A stretch of DNA of 32,000 nt from Eubacteriales bacterium mix99 (GCA_038396605.1 CP121690.1:558500-590499), one strand, 5' to 3'; shown: positions 1 through 9,601, counted from the first letter of the stretch. The notes: generated by a model not told the origin, from the sequence alone. Program-made: numbers and translations.

Positions 1-227
1 TTTCAAATGCACCTGTTGCTCTATTCTACAATATATCCATGTTTCCGTCTACCACAACGAAATTATTTCATGATATCATCCATAAATTGCGTCAATGACT
101 TCGGAGAAGATTCCTACATTCTGACCCCCTTTGATAACAGGAATCATAAAGATCATGAAGCAGCTGGGGCTGGACAGACTGGAGAATATGGTGAACAATC
201 AGGAGATTGACAAATTGCTGACAAGGG

Positions 228-260
228 AATAAAACCGCCTGCACCGGAATCACGGCAGGC
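228..260 (-). terminator. Intrinsic terminator after the ABC exporter pair
   Basis: The minus strand reads GCCTGC-N12-GCAGGC (255-260 pairs with 237-242). The hairpin starts at the TAG stop and is followed by GGTTTTATT. Confidence 0.55.
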
Positions 261-1999
261 TATACCGCATTGAGCTGTGCATAATACCCTCCCAGCTCCA
301 TCAGGCTTTCATGGTTCCCGGATTCCACGATGCGGCCCTTTCGCATCAGAAAGATCATATCGGCATTCCGGATAGTGGACAGCCGGTGGGCAATGATCAG
401 CGTGGTCCGGTCTCTTGAGATATTCTCAATGGACTTCTGGATCAGCTTTTCCGTTTTGGTGTCAATATTGGCCGTTGCCTCATCCAGTACAAAGATAGCC
501 GGGTCATGGGCAATGGTCCTGGCAAATGCCAGCAGCTGCCTCTGACCGGCGGAAAAGGTACTCCCCCTCTCCGTGACCATCTCGTGCATTTTATGCGGCA
601 GCTCATCAATAAACGCATCCGCACAGGAAAGCTTCAGGGCTTCTGCCACCGTTTCATCAGAAATGTGGTTGCTCAGGGTGACATTGTCCCGGATACTGCC
701 CGAAAAAAGAAATACGTCCTGCAGCACGACGGAAATGTTCCGCCGCAGATCCTTTAAATTGATATCATTGATATTGACCCCATCGATCCGGATCTCCCCC
801 TTCTGCACCCGGTAAAAGCGGGAAATCAAGTTGATGATGGTGGTTTTGCCGGCGCCGGTGGCTCCGACAAAAGCCGCTGTCTGCCCTTTTTGGATCCGAA
901 AGCTGACATCCTTCAGCACCCAGTCCTCTTTTTCATAGGCAAACCAGACATGTCGGAATTCAATTTCTCCCTGCAGTCTTTCCAGGTGCATGCCGGAATC
1001 ACAATCTTCCAGGCTGCCTTCCTCATCCAGAATTTCAAAAATGCGATCTGCCGAAACCACTGCTGACTGAATGGTATTGTATTTTTCCGCCAGGTCGTTG
1101 ATGGGATCAAAAAACTGTTTGATATAATTGGTAAAAGCATAGAGAACGCCGATGTCCAGCGTATGGTTCATGATACGCCCCATTCCGTACCATACCAGCA
1201 GGGCAATGGCCAGCGAATTGAAGATCTCAATGGAAGGGCGCAGGATACTGTGCAGCATCAGGCGGGTAAGAGAGGCCTGATAATATTTGTCATTCAGGCC
1301 CTGAAATTCTCCCTCCTTTTCCCGCTGCATGTTAAAGATCTGCACCAGCTTCATCCCCGATATGTTTTCCGCAAAAAAGCCGTTAATGCGGCCGGTCAGA
1401 CGCTTGATGACCACAAAATTGGCTTTCATTTTCCTTTTCATGAAATTGGTGATCATAACAATAAAGGGAAGCACTGCAAACCCAATCAGAGACAGCTGCC
1501 AATCCAGTTTCACCATAATGACCACAATGCCGATCAGAAGAAAAACATCCTTGAACAGATCGATCAAAACGTCCGTAAACATCTGGCTCAGTTCTTCCAC
1601 ATCGTTGGTAGCCCGTGTGATCAGCCGCCCGGAAGAGTATTTGTCCAGAAGGGACAACGGCATATGCTGAATATGGGAAAATACGGTTCTCCGCAGGTCG
1701 GTTATGACATTCTGCCCAACCCAGGTCATGGCATTGATCTGCACCGCACTGAGAACCGAGCTCCCGGCGATCAGGAGCATATAGAGAACCCCCATGGCAG
1801 GGATGGAAGAAAGTCCATGCTGCGGTTTGCCCGCCACCAGAAAATCGTCGATAACCTTCTGCATCACCAGCGGTTTGTATAGCGCGGCCCCATTCACCGC
1901 TATCACACACAATACACAGGCGAGTATGATTTTCCAGTAGGGCAGGCTCATTTTCATCAGGCGCAGCAGACTGTGATGTTTTTGCTCAGGATGCTTCAT
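260..1999 (-). CDS. ABC transporter permease/ATP-binding protein (type I exporter, downstream subunit of a heterodimer)
   Basis: 579-aa ORF with an N-terminal six-helix TMD-like region. Walker A is GATGAGKTT, Walker B is IFVLDEATANID, the H-loop is IAHRLS, and the signature is degenerate (FSAGQRQ). The RBS is AAGGGAGG. The ATG overlaps the upstream stop by 14 nt. Confidence 0.93.
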   Translation of the reverse strand: MKHPEQKHHSLLRLMKMSLPYWKIILACVLCVIAVNGAALYKPLVMQKVIDDFLVAGKPQHGLSSIPAMGVLYMLLIAGSSVLSAVQINAMTWVGQNVITDLRRTVFSHIQHMPLSLLDKYSSGRLITRATNDVEELSQMFTDVLIDLFKDVFLLIGIVVIMVKLDWQLSLIGFAVLPFIVMITNFMKRKMKANFVVIKRLTGRINGFFAENISGMKLVQIFNMQREKEGEFQGLNDKYYQASLTRLMLHSILRPSIEIFNSLAIALLVWYGMGRIMNHTLDIGVLYAFTNYIKQFFDPINDLAEKYNTIQSAVVSADRIFEILDEEGSLEDCDSGMHLERLQGEIEFRHVWFAYEKEDWVLKDVSFRIQKGQTAAFVGATGAGKTTIINLISRFYRVQKGEIRIDGVNINDINLKDLRRNISVVLQDVFLFSGSIRDNVTLSNHISDETVAEALKLSCADAFIDELPHKMHEMVTERGSTFSAGQRQLLAFARTIAHDPAIFVLDEATANIDTKTEKLIQKSIENISRDRTTLIIAHRLSTIRNADMIFLMRKGRIVESGNHESLMELGGYYAQLNAV

Positions 2000-3749
2000 T
2001 TTCCATGTCCTCCCTTTGCTCTTGCTCGTACTGTTCCTGGTACAGCTCCCTGTACAATCCTTCCCGATCGATCAGCTCATCATGTGTTCCCTGCTCAACA
2101 ATGCGGCCATGATCCAGGACAATGATTTCATCGGCGTTCCGCAAGGCGGAAATGCGATGGGCAATGACAATGCCGGTATGGCCTTTCATTTCCCGTTTCA
2201 GATTTTTCAGAATCGCTCCCTCTGTCCGGGTGTCCACAGCAGACAGGGCATCGTCCAGAATGTAAATGGGCGGATGCTTGATGATCGCTCTGGCGATGGA
2301 GATCCGCTGCTTCTGTCCGCCGGACAGATTCGCTCCCCGCTCCCCGATCTGCGTTTCAAACTGATCCGGAAATTCCATGATATCCTGATAGATCATGCTG
2401 GACTGCACCGCACTTTTAATCTCGTCTTCGGAATACCGGTCATTGAAATAGCGGACATTCTCATAGATGCTGTCGGAAAACAGGAAATTGTCCTGGGGAA
2501 CATAACCAATGTTTTCCCGAAGTTCCTCCAGGGAATATCCGTTGATGTCCTTTCCGTCCAGAAGGATTTTCCCGGACTCCACATTGTACAGCCGCAGCAG
2601 AAGATTGACCAGTGTGGTCTTGCCGCTGCCGGTCCTGCCAATGATACCCAGTATCCTGCCTTTTTTCAGATTGATGTTGATGTCCTCCAGGGCATACTCC
2701 TCCTGACCGGGATAGCGGAAGGACAAATCACGAATCGTAAGATTCCCTTCCAGCCGCTCCATGGAACCGAAAAGCGGGATCTCATCCCGGATCTCCGGCT
2801 CCACCTCAAAAATCTCACCAAGCCGCTTATAGGAAGCCATGCCTCTCTGAAAAATGTTGATGATTCTTCCAATGGAGACCACCGGACGCATGATCATGGT
2901 CAGATATCCGTTGAATGCAACAAAATCACCGAGGGAGATCTCATGGGCCCGGACAAGAGAACTTCCGTAGATCAGATTGATTGTGAAGCTGATGCCAAAG
3001 AAGATTTGAATCAGGGGAGTCAGAAGGGAAGAAACCCTCACCATATCGATGTTGGACTGCTTCATACGGCCGTTGAGCACATCAAACCGGCTGACTTCAT
3101 CCTCCTCCTGCACATAGGTTTTGATCACGCGGATGCCGGAAATGTTCTCCTGTATCCGGTCAGAAATGGTTGCAAAGTTCTTTTGTACCGCCCGGAACCG
3201 ATGCTGTATGGTTCCTCCCAGCCGGACAATCATGAAAACAACGAAAGGAATCGGAAGCAGGGCAAGCAGGGTCAACCTGGGGTTTACGGATCCTGCCATG
3301 GAAAAGACAGAGATCAGCCCCATACCGAGACCGTTGAGGATCAGGGATACCCCGGGACCAAAGCTTTTCCGCACGGCACCGATGTCGTTGATGGCATAGG
3401 CCATGAGATCCCCGGTTTTCCGGTTGTTGTAGAAATCAACGGACATTTGCTGAAGGTGCCGGAACAGCTTCATCCGCAGAAAACATTCCATATTGCGGGC
3501 ATTTCCCATGATGAAATACCGCCAGATAAACCGGGTGACAAAGACGCCCAGCGCAGCAAGCAGAATCCGCCCGACATACCGCATCACCTGGTGCATATCG
3601 ATGACAGGAGCCTTCAACAAGTCAATGATGATCCCCAGATATCGGGGAGACAATGCCTCAATCGAAACACACAACAACAGAAAAATGGCGCCCCACAGGT
3701 AATTCGTCCAATACTTCTTCAGGAACTCCGATACAATTTTGTTCTTCAT
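1986..3749 (-). CDS. ABC transporter permease/ATP-binding protein (type I exporter, upstream subunit)
   Basis: 587-aa ORF. Walker A is GRTGSGKTT and the signature LSGGQKQR is canonical. Walker B is IYILDDALSAVD, with Asp where the catalytic Glu normally sits. The H-loop is IAHRIS. Confidence 0.93.
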   Translation of the reverse strand: MKNKIVSEFLKKYWTNYLWGAIFLLLCVSIEALSPRYLGIIIDLLKAPVIDMHQVMRYVGRILLAALGVFVTRFIWRYFIMGNARNMECFLRMKLFRHLQQMSVDFYNNRKTGDLMAYAINDIGAVRKSFGPGVSLILNGLGMGLISVFSMAGSVNPRLTLLALLPIPFVVFMIVRLGGTIQHRFRAVQKNFATISDRIQENISGIRVIKTYVQEEDEVSRFDVLNGRMKQSNIDMVRVSSLLTPLIQIFFGISFTINLIYGSSLVRAHEISLGDFVAFNGYLTMIMRPVVSIGRIINIFQRGMASYKRLGEIFEVEPEIRDEIPLFGSMERLEGNLTIRDLSFRYPGQEEYALEDININLKKGRILGIIGRTGSGKTTLVNLLLRLYNVESGKILLDGKDINGYSLEELRENIGYVPQDNFLFSDSIYENVRYFNDRYSEDEIKSAVQSSMIYQDIMEFPDQFETQIGERGANLSGGQKQRISIARAIIKHPPIYILDDALSAVDTRTEGAILKNLKREMKGHTGIVIAHRISALRNADEIIVLDHGRIVEQGTHDELIDREGLYRELYQEQYEQEQREDMENEAS

Positions 3750-3854
3750 AGGGATAGGAACATCCTTTTTGTGTTTTTCCGATTCCTTTTTTATGAGTCC
3801 ACACAGATGTCGCCGAAGACCGGTGAATCAGAAACCGGTTTGTCAGCTTCCTTT

Positions 3855-3863
3855 ATTATAGCA
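3855..3863 (-). promoter_or_regulatory. Candidate extended -10 promoter of the ABC exporter operon
   Basis: The minus strand reads TGCTATAAT about 105 nt upstream of the ATG at 3749. I found no good -35. Confidence 0.35.
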
Positions 3864-3900
3864 TAGTGATACGTATAAGTGAATTCAAAATGAAAAAAAG

Positions 3901-3990
3901 GACAAAAAGACAAAGGCCGTGAATCCTCCGTAAAGAGAATTCAGGGCCTCAAAAAACCGCTCTGCAAAACGCAGGATCCATGGAACCTGC
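3901..3990 (-). terminator. Terminator region downstream of nrdJ (two hairpins)
   Basis: On the minus strand there is a near-palindrome GCAGGTTCCATGGATCCTGC (3971-3990) followed by GTTTTG. An imperfect hairpin GGCC..GGCC (3915-3948) follows, then TTTGTCTTTTTGTC. Confidence 0.5.
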
Positions 3991-4008
3991 GAATCCGTAT
4001 TTACGGCA

Positions 4009-7000
4009 TCACGAGCAACCGGTGGTCGCCCCGCAGTCCTCACAGACCTTGCAGGTGCCGTTCCTCCGCAGGCGTGTACTGCCGCAGGTGGCGCAGACCT
4101 CTCCGTAGATCCGGTCGCCCCTGTCGTTTTCCTTTTCCTTCCCGTCCGGAACGGGAGGATCCTCTGTCATTCCTGCAGCATCCATGCTGCCTTCGGTCTC
4201 ATCCTCTGAAGTGGCCGTCACCAGGTCATGGGCAGAAAGGACCGGTTCGCCGCCTTGTTCCCCGGGCTTCACCTGACAACGGGAAAAGTCGCCCAGCTCA
4301 ATGTCAATGATCTTGCTAACCAGATCCGAGATGGAAGTGGCAGACTTGATATAGGGATGCCGGCTGACAAAACCCGATGGTTCATATTGCTGTCCCCGCA
4401 GGGTACGGGAAATCTCCTCTGCCGGAATGTGGTACTGCAGCATGTTGGAAATCGCCTTGGACAGGGAGGCCAGCAAGCCTTTTACCACGGTTCCTTCCTT
4501 GTCTGTGGAAATAAACAGCTCTGCGATCTTCCCGTTGGGATAGAAATTGACGGTAACATACAGCTCAATATCCCCGATCTTGGCGCTGTGCGTAAACCCG
4601 GGCCTCCGTCCCCTGGCTTTCTCCCGAACGGGAACGTTTTGCCTGCTTGCCCTGGCTGCCTCCAGCAGTTCCTGATAGGTCATATCCTCCAGATCCTTTT
4701 CGGATTTGGGCGTAATCCCGGAAGTCAGGGGCTGGCTGGCCTTGGAACCATCCCGATATATGGCAATGGCTTTGGTGCCTGTGTTGTAGGCCAGCAGATG
4801 GATTCGTTCAATATCCTTCACGGTGGCGGAATGAGGCAGGTTTACGGTCTTGGAAACCGATCCGGAAATCATGGGAGTGATAGCGGATACCATCAGCACA
4901 TGTCCTTCCGGTGAGATGGAACGCTTACCGGTACCGCATCTGCCGGCGGTATCAAAAATGGGATAATGCTCTTCTTTCAGATACGGAGCGCCTTCCATTT
5001 TGCCATCCAGGATATTGCCGTCCGCATCCCTCCGCAGAATATAGCTGACAATGGCATCGATCTGATCCTCCGGATATCCCAGATTCTTCAGTGCCGTTTC
5101 AATCACCGGGTTCACCATGATCATGGAATTCCCACTGATCATTTTTTTATAGATCACGTGGGCATAAAAGGGTTCAATGGAAGTTGCCCCGCAGTCCATG
5201 GCAAAGGAAATGGTGCCGGTGGGAGCGACCACCGCTACCTGGGCATTCCGGTATCCAAACTTTGTACCGCTGTCACAGGCCAGATCCCAGCAATGCTTCA
5301 GGGCAGAGCAGACATCCTGAAAGCCCATGGAATCCAGCAGTTCATGATCCACCTTCATGGGTTCATAGCTTAAATTCTCATATCCGTCGGATCTTGCCCC
5401 GGCAACCCGGGAATGATTGCGGATTACCCGCAGCATATACTTCTTATTCAGGCTGTATTTCTCAAAGGAACCGAGCTTCTGTGCCATCAGGGAAGAGACA
5501 TAGTAGGAATAGCCGGTCAGGATGCCCAGAATGGAAGCTGCCAATGCCCGGGCTTCCCTGGAATCATACGGATACCCTGCCGCCATCAGCAGGGAAGACA
5601 GATTGGCAGGTCCAAGACCGGTGGTTCGGAAAAGATGGGACCGCATCGCAATCTGTTTAGTAGGAAACTGTCCCCAGTGAATGGATGCCTCCAGGACCAT
5701 CTGAACCAGGGCAACCGTATGCATGAAATCCTCCACCCGGAAGGATTTTGTTTCCGGATCGTAAAAAAAGTACAGGTTGATGGATGCCAGGTTGCATGCC
5801 GTATCATTCAGGAAAGCATATTCACTGCAGGGGTTGGTGGCGTTGATCTGATTATGCTTTGCCCATACCTGACCATCCTCCCCTGCAGGACAGGTGTGCC
5901 ATTCATTGAATCTGCCATGAAACTGCAGCCCGGGGTCTGCACAGCTGTATGCAGACTGGTTGATCGCATCCCACAGCTCCCGGACAGGGATTTCCCGGTC
6001 CACTGCGGAGTCCACCCTGCCGTGCAGGGTAATGGCCGCATCGGGATCCTGATCCAGATTCCGGATCTTTTCCATGGTATCGTCGGACAGCCGGACAGAG
6101 TTGTTTCCGTTCTGGCCGGACACGGTACTGTAAGCATCTCCGTTGAAATCCGTATCATAGCCCATCTTGCCCAATGCCCGGACCTTGTCCTCCTCCTTTG
6201 CCTTCCAGGTCACAAACTTCAGGATATCCGGATGGTCGTCGTCCACAATGACCATTTTGGCGGCACGGCGTGTTGTACCGCCGGATTTGATGGCGCCTGC
6301 GTTTTTATCAAGACCTTTCAGAAAGCTCAGAAGCCCGGATGAATAGCCGCCGCTGGACAGCTTCTCCCCTTCCCCGCGAATCGGCGAAAAATTGGTTCCG
6401 GTACCGGATCCTCCCTTGAACAGCTTTGTCTCGGTAACATACTGTTCCGTAATGGACTGGTCCCCCATCAGCTTATCCTTTATGGAAAGAATAAAGCAGG
6501 CGGATGCCTGGGTCCGGGTATAACGATCCTTGCTCTCCACAACCTTCTTTTGATCCGGATCATAATAATACAGGCCGTCGGGGTCACCGCTGATACCGTA
6601 GGCAAGCTTCAGACCGGTATTGAACCATTGGGGGGAATTGGGCGCCCATGCCTGGGAAAGCAGCAGGTAAACCAGCTCATCATACAGAATCTTCCCCTGC
6701 TCCTCCTCATCGATCAGTCCTTCGTCCTCCAATGCACGGACCCAGAAGGAAACCATGCGATCCGCCACTTCCCGCATGCTTCGTTCGTGACCCACTTCGT
6801 TGGGAACGCCTGCCTTCCTGAAGTAATTCATGGCTATGATGTCACAGGCATTCTGGGAATACCGGACCGGAAACTCCAGATCCTTCATGTCACATACGGC
6901 CTTGTTTCTTTTATAATCCATGATCCGGACATCAACGGTCTTCCATTCAAAAAGGTCATAAACGGTCTTGTCAGGGTCTTTCTCCAGTACCCTGGTAAAC

Positions 7001-7074
7001 CTTCTCACCATCAAATCGTTTATCGTCTTCAAGTACGTGTTCTCCTCCTTTGTATTGCAGCCATTGCTTCCCAT
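4009..7074 (-). CDS. nrdJ: Class II (adenosylcobalamin-dependent) ribonucleoside-triphosphate/diphosphate reductase
   Basis: The ORF carries the RNR active-site region TNPCSEYAFLNDTACNLASINL and the N-terminal FTR..DP..YD.FEW pattern. The C-terminal tail is CxxC...CxxC. The track ORF starts at a TTG at 7155 with no RBS. I prefer the ATG at 7074, which is preceded by AGGGAGGAT. The start remains uncertain (7074 or 7155). Confidence 0.92.
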   Translation of the reverse strand: MGSNGCNTKEENTYLKTINDLMVRRFTRVLEKDPDKTVYDLFEWKTVDVRIMDYKRNKAVCDMKDLEFPVRYSQNACDIIAMNYFRKAGVPNEVGHERSMREVADRMVSFWVRALEDEGLIDEEEQGKILYDELVYLLLSQAWAPNSPQWFNTGLKLAYGISGDPDGLYYYDPDQKKVVESKDRYTRTQASACFILSIKDKLMGDQSITEQYVTETKLFKGGSGTGTNFSPIRGEGEKLSSGGYSSGLLSFLKGLDKNAGAIKSGGTTRRAAKMVIVDDDHPDILKFVTWKAKEEDKVRALGKMGYDTDFNGDAYSTVSGQNGNNSVRLSDDTMEKIRNLDQDPDAAITLHGRVDSAVDREIPVRELWDAINQSAYSCADPGLQFHGRFNEWHTCPAGEDGQVWAKHNQINATNPCSEYAFLNDTACNLASINLYFFYDPETKSFRVEDFMHTVALVQMVLEASIHWGQFPTKQIAMRSHLFRTTGLGPANLSSLLMAAGYPYDSREARALAASILGILTGYSYYVSSLMAQKLGSFEKYSLNKKYMLRVIRNHSRVAGARSDGYENLSYEPMKVDHELLDSMGFQDVCSALKHCWDLACDSGTKFGYRNAQVAVVAPTGTISFAMDCGATSIEPFYAHVIYKKMISGNSMIMVNPVIETALKNLGYPEDQIDAIVSYILRRDADGNILDGKMEGAPYLKEEHYPIFDTAGRCGTGKRSISPEGHVLMVSAITPMISGSVSKTVNLPHSATVKDIERIHLLAYNTGTKAIAIYRDGSKASQPLTSGITPKSEKDLEDMTYQELLEAARASRQNVPVREKARGRRPGFTHSAKIGDIELYVTVNFYPNGKIAELFISTDKEGTVVKGLLASLSKAISNMLQYHIPAEEISRTLRGQQYEPSGFVSRHPYIKSATSISDLVSKIIDIELGDFSRCQVKPGEQGGEPVLSAHDLVTATSEDETEGSMDAAGMTEDPPVPDGKEKENDRGDRIYGEVCATCGSTRLRRNGTCKVCEDCGATTGCS

Positions 7075-7226
7075 ATCCTCCCTTGCATCTTCTCCGTCCG
7101 TTTCCGCATTTCCGCAGGACGGGTTCCAAATACCAGGCAGACTGCATCCTTCCAAAAGCCAGTCAGCATGTTTTTTGGAAAGCTATCGGCAAAACCCGAT
7201 CCCTTTCGGCAGCAATTTCCCTTTAT

Positions 7227-7297
7227 ATACATTATGTAGTGCCCTTATCCCTTTGCACTATACTACTTATAGTATAATATCCTCTGCAGAAATGCAA
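7227..7297 (-). promoter_or_regulatory. nrdJ promoter with two candidate NrdR boxes
   Basis: The minus strand has 16-mers ATACTATAAGTAGTAT (7260-7275) and GCACTACATAATGTAT (7227-7242). Each matches about 12 of 16 positions of the NrdR consensus acaCwAtATaTwGtgt as I recall it. Their centres are 33 bp apart. The upstream box overlaps a TATACT/TACTAT -10, and TTGCAT (7292-7297) is a -35 candidate. Confidence 0.5.
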
Positions 7298-7440
7298 TGA
7301 ACCGATCTTGCCTTTCGTTAAAAATAGATCATGTATGACTTCACATGATCCAACCCGTCCTCGGTATAATCGGCCGTTTCCGGCCATCCTTTATAAGAAC
7401 AATGACATCTGAAAAAAGAATTTCGACTCACAAATTTCGA

Positions 7441-7845
7441 TTAAGCCTTTGTTTTCAGAATATCCCGGATTTCTGTAAGCAGTTGTTCTTCTTTGGCTGA
7501 TTCCTCTTCTTCCAAAGGCTCATCGACTTCCTTTTTCCGGAACTGATTGAAAAACCGGATCACCATAAAAATGGAGAAGGAAATAATCAGGAAATCAATG
7601 ACGTTTTGCAAAAACATTCCGTAGTTCAGAGATAGCTCGGGAGTCTTCCCTGCCGCTTCCCGGACCACCCACCGGGCCGCCTTCATATTGATTCCCCCTG
7701 TGAGCAGACCAATAAGGGGCATAATGATATCACCCACCAGAGAGGAGACAATTTTGCCGAATGCACCACCGATAATGACACCAATTGCCAGATCCACTAC
7801 ATTCCCCTGCATTGCAAACTCTCTAAATTCCTTCCATATTTTCAT
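7441..7845 (-). CDS. mscL: Large-conductance mechanosensitive channel
   Basis: MKIWKEFREFAMQGNVVDLAIGVIIGGAFGKIVSSLV is the hallmark MscL N-terminus and TM1. The track ORF begins 5 codons earlier (7860), so either ATG is possible. Confidence 0.92.
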   Translation of the reverse strand: MKIWKEFREFAMQGNVVDLAIGVIIGGAFGKIVSSLVGDIIMPLIGLLTGGINMKAARWVVREAAGKTPELSLNYGMFLQNVIDFLIISFSIFMVIRFFNQFRKKEVDEPLEEEESAKEEQLLTEIRDILKTKA

Positions 7846-7871
7846 TTTCTCTTCCCCCATTTGTTCTTTCT

Positions 7872-8498
7872 TTATCGGTTCTTCACAGCTGTATTCTCCA
7901 GAACATCCGCTACATCTTCACAAATGTCATAAATGTCTTCCAGGCCGTCATAGATTTCCTTCCACTTCATAATTTCCAGAACAGGCCGGTCCTCGCTGCT
8001 GAACAAAGTCCTCGTGATGGATCGGTGAAATACATCGCCTTTTTCCTCCAGACGGTTGACTTCAATAACCAGCTTATTCAGATTTTTGGAACTGCGGAAG
8101 GACTCAAATTCCTTTACTGCATCGGCCAGTGCCTTGCAGATGGAAACACAAAGTCCGGACATTTCCTTCGCAGTCTCCTCCACCTGCTGAATAGAAAGGA
8201 TATCAAACAGGTTTGCCACATCCTCCACACCATCCATCACATCGTCCAGACCGCTTCCGATGGCAATCAGATCCTCACGGTCAATGGGTGTGATAAAGGC
8301 AGAATTCAGCTCATGGACCAGCTTGTGAAGAAGACCATCGCATTCATGCTCGACATCGTGAATCTTCCTGGCCTTTTTGGCAACATCGGTAAAGTCATGC
8401 ATCATTTCATCCAGCTGAATGGACGCCCGATGGGAGCATTGTGCCATTTGATAGAGCAGTTCATAATAATTGGGCTCTTTTTTACTGCCAAGTTTCAT
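7872..8498 (-). CDS. DUF47 family protein (PhoU-like, usually paired with PiT transporters)
   Basis: 208-aa helical protein with the FITPIDREDL motif typical of the DUF47/YkaA family. The RBS is GGAAGAGGAG. It lies immediately downstream of the PiT gene. Confidence 0.85.
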   Translation of the reverse strand: MKLGSKKEPNYYELLYQMAQCSHRASIQLDEMMHDFTDVAKKARKIHDVEHECDGLLHKLVHELNSAFITPIDREDLIAIGSGLDDVMDGVEDVANLFDILSIQQVEETAKEMSGLCVSICKALADAVKEFESFRSSKNLNKLVIEVNRLEEKGDVFHRSITRTLFSSEDRPVLEIMKWKEIYDGLEDIYDICEDVADVLENTAVKNR

Positions 8499-8581
8499 AT
8501 TCTTTCTCCTCTTCCGTTCACATTTTTTATACCCTTATTTCCATGCACAAAACAAACAACTGACAAAACGAGTTCCAAAAG

Positions 8582-9601
8582 TCAGAAAATCGCCAGAAAC
8601 AGCTTTGCCATCAAAAATCCAATCAGGCCACATCCCGGAAACGTCAGGACCCAGGCATAGACCATATCCCGCGCAATTCCCCAGTTCACCGAGGAAGCCC
8701 GTCTGGAAGTACCCACCCCCATAATAGCAGTGGTTTTGGTATGCGTTGTGGATACCGGAAGACCGGTCAGGGATGCCAGGAGCAGACAGGCGCCGGCTGC
8801 AATATCCGAAGCGAAGCCCTGATAGGTCTGCATCTTTACCATATCCATACCTACTTTTTTGATGATCCGCCATCCACCTATCATGGTACCTGCCCCCATG
8901 GTAAGGGAACAAAGAACCATAACCCATATCGGAATTTCAAAGGACCCGTTGGGCCCCCTCTGTGCCATGCCATTTAAAAACATGGCCACCATAAAGACTC
9001 CCATAAACTTCTGCCCGTCCTGGGCACCGTGCAGAAATGCCATACCGGCAGCGGCACCGGCTTGTCCCTTGCTGAAAAAGGATTCTGCCTTCTTCCGGTT
9101 CACCCGCCGCATAAAGGTTTCAATCAGGCGGGCAATCAGAAAGCCGCCGGCAAACCCCAGAATGGAGGACTCCACCAATCCGATCAGCACCTTGGACCAT
9201 TCTGCCATATTCACGGCGGAAAGCCCGCCAAGGGCCAGAGCGGCACCGGTGATGCCGGCAATCAGTGCATGACTCTCACTGGTGGGGATGCCAAAATACC
9301 ATGCTGCCACCGACCAGACAACGATGGCAAACATACCGGCGGTCAGAACCACAAGGGCATCCCTGCCGGGCTCCGGGCCAAAGTCCACCATATTGGATAT
9401 GGTGTCCGCCACCTGCGTCGAGATGGAAGTCATAAGCAGGACGCCAAGGAAATTGAAGACCACAGCGACCAGAATGCCGGTACTCGGTCTGAAAACCTTG
9501 GTGGCCACTGCGCTCCCGATGGCATTGGGCGCATCGGTCCAGCCGTTGACAAAAACCACGGCCAGAACCAGCACAATACTGATAATAAATGCTACATTCA
9601 T
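8582..9601 (-). CDS. pit: Inorganic phosphate transporter, PiT family
   Basis: 339-aa polytopic membrane protein with the PiT signature NGWTDAPNAIGSAVATKV and the repeated C-terminal half (GLPVSTTHTKTTAIMGVG). Confidence 0.92.
   Translation of the reverse strand: MNVAFIISIVLVLAVVFVNGWTDAPNAIGSAVATKVFRPSTGILVAVVFNFLGVLLMTSISTQVADTISNMVDFGPEPGRDALVVLTAGMFAIVVWSVAAWYFGIPTSESHALIAGITGAALALGGLSAVNMAEWSKVLIGLVESSILGFAGGFLIARLIETFMRRVNRKKAESFFSKGQAGAAAGMAFLHGAQDGQKFMGVFMVAMFLNGMAQRGPNGSFEIPIWVMVLCSLTMGAGTMIGGWRIIKKVGMDMVKMQTYQGFASDIAAGACLLLASLTGLPVSTTHTKTTAIMGVGTSRRASSVNWGIARDMVYAWVLTFPGCGLIGFLMAKLFLAIF

Noticed and set aside
3-232. Possible plus-strand coding remnants at the window start. One frame is open from the edge to a TGA at 96-98 (..KLFHDIIHKLRQ). 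A 25-aa ORF at 155-232 reads MKQLGLDRLENMVNNQEIDKLLTRE. The track also lists an ORF at 7-210.
   Set aside because: All are too short and mutually inconsistent. I recognise no motif and cannot decide between the 3' end of a gene, a frameshifted pseudogene, or non-coding DNA without the upstream sequence.
2016-3866. Very long antisense ORFs. A 616-aa ORF lies opposite the ABC gene. Similar ones are at 9589-11118 opposite metG, 5413-6342 opposite nrdJ, 20017-20943 opposite the AKRs, 29637-30800 opposite GH38, and 15035-15841 opposite the solute-binding protein gene.
   Set aside because: They lie in the frame where antisense stops correspond to the sense codons TTA, CTA and TCA, which these genes largely avoid. 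Their translations are low-complexity (rich in P, G, R, H and Q) with no motifs or RBS. They occur opposite every well-supported gene, so they are a codon-usage artefact.
7075-7155. N-terminal extension of nrdJ from a TTG start, and the idea of a cobalamin riboswitch in the nrdJ leader.
   Set aside because: There is no RBS before the TTG. The 5' region is short and shows none of the conserved B12-box features. B12 riboswitches normally control B12-independent RNRs, not nrdJ.
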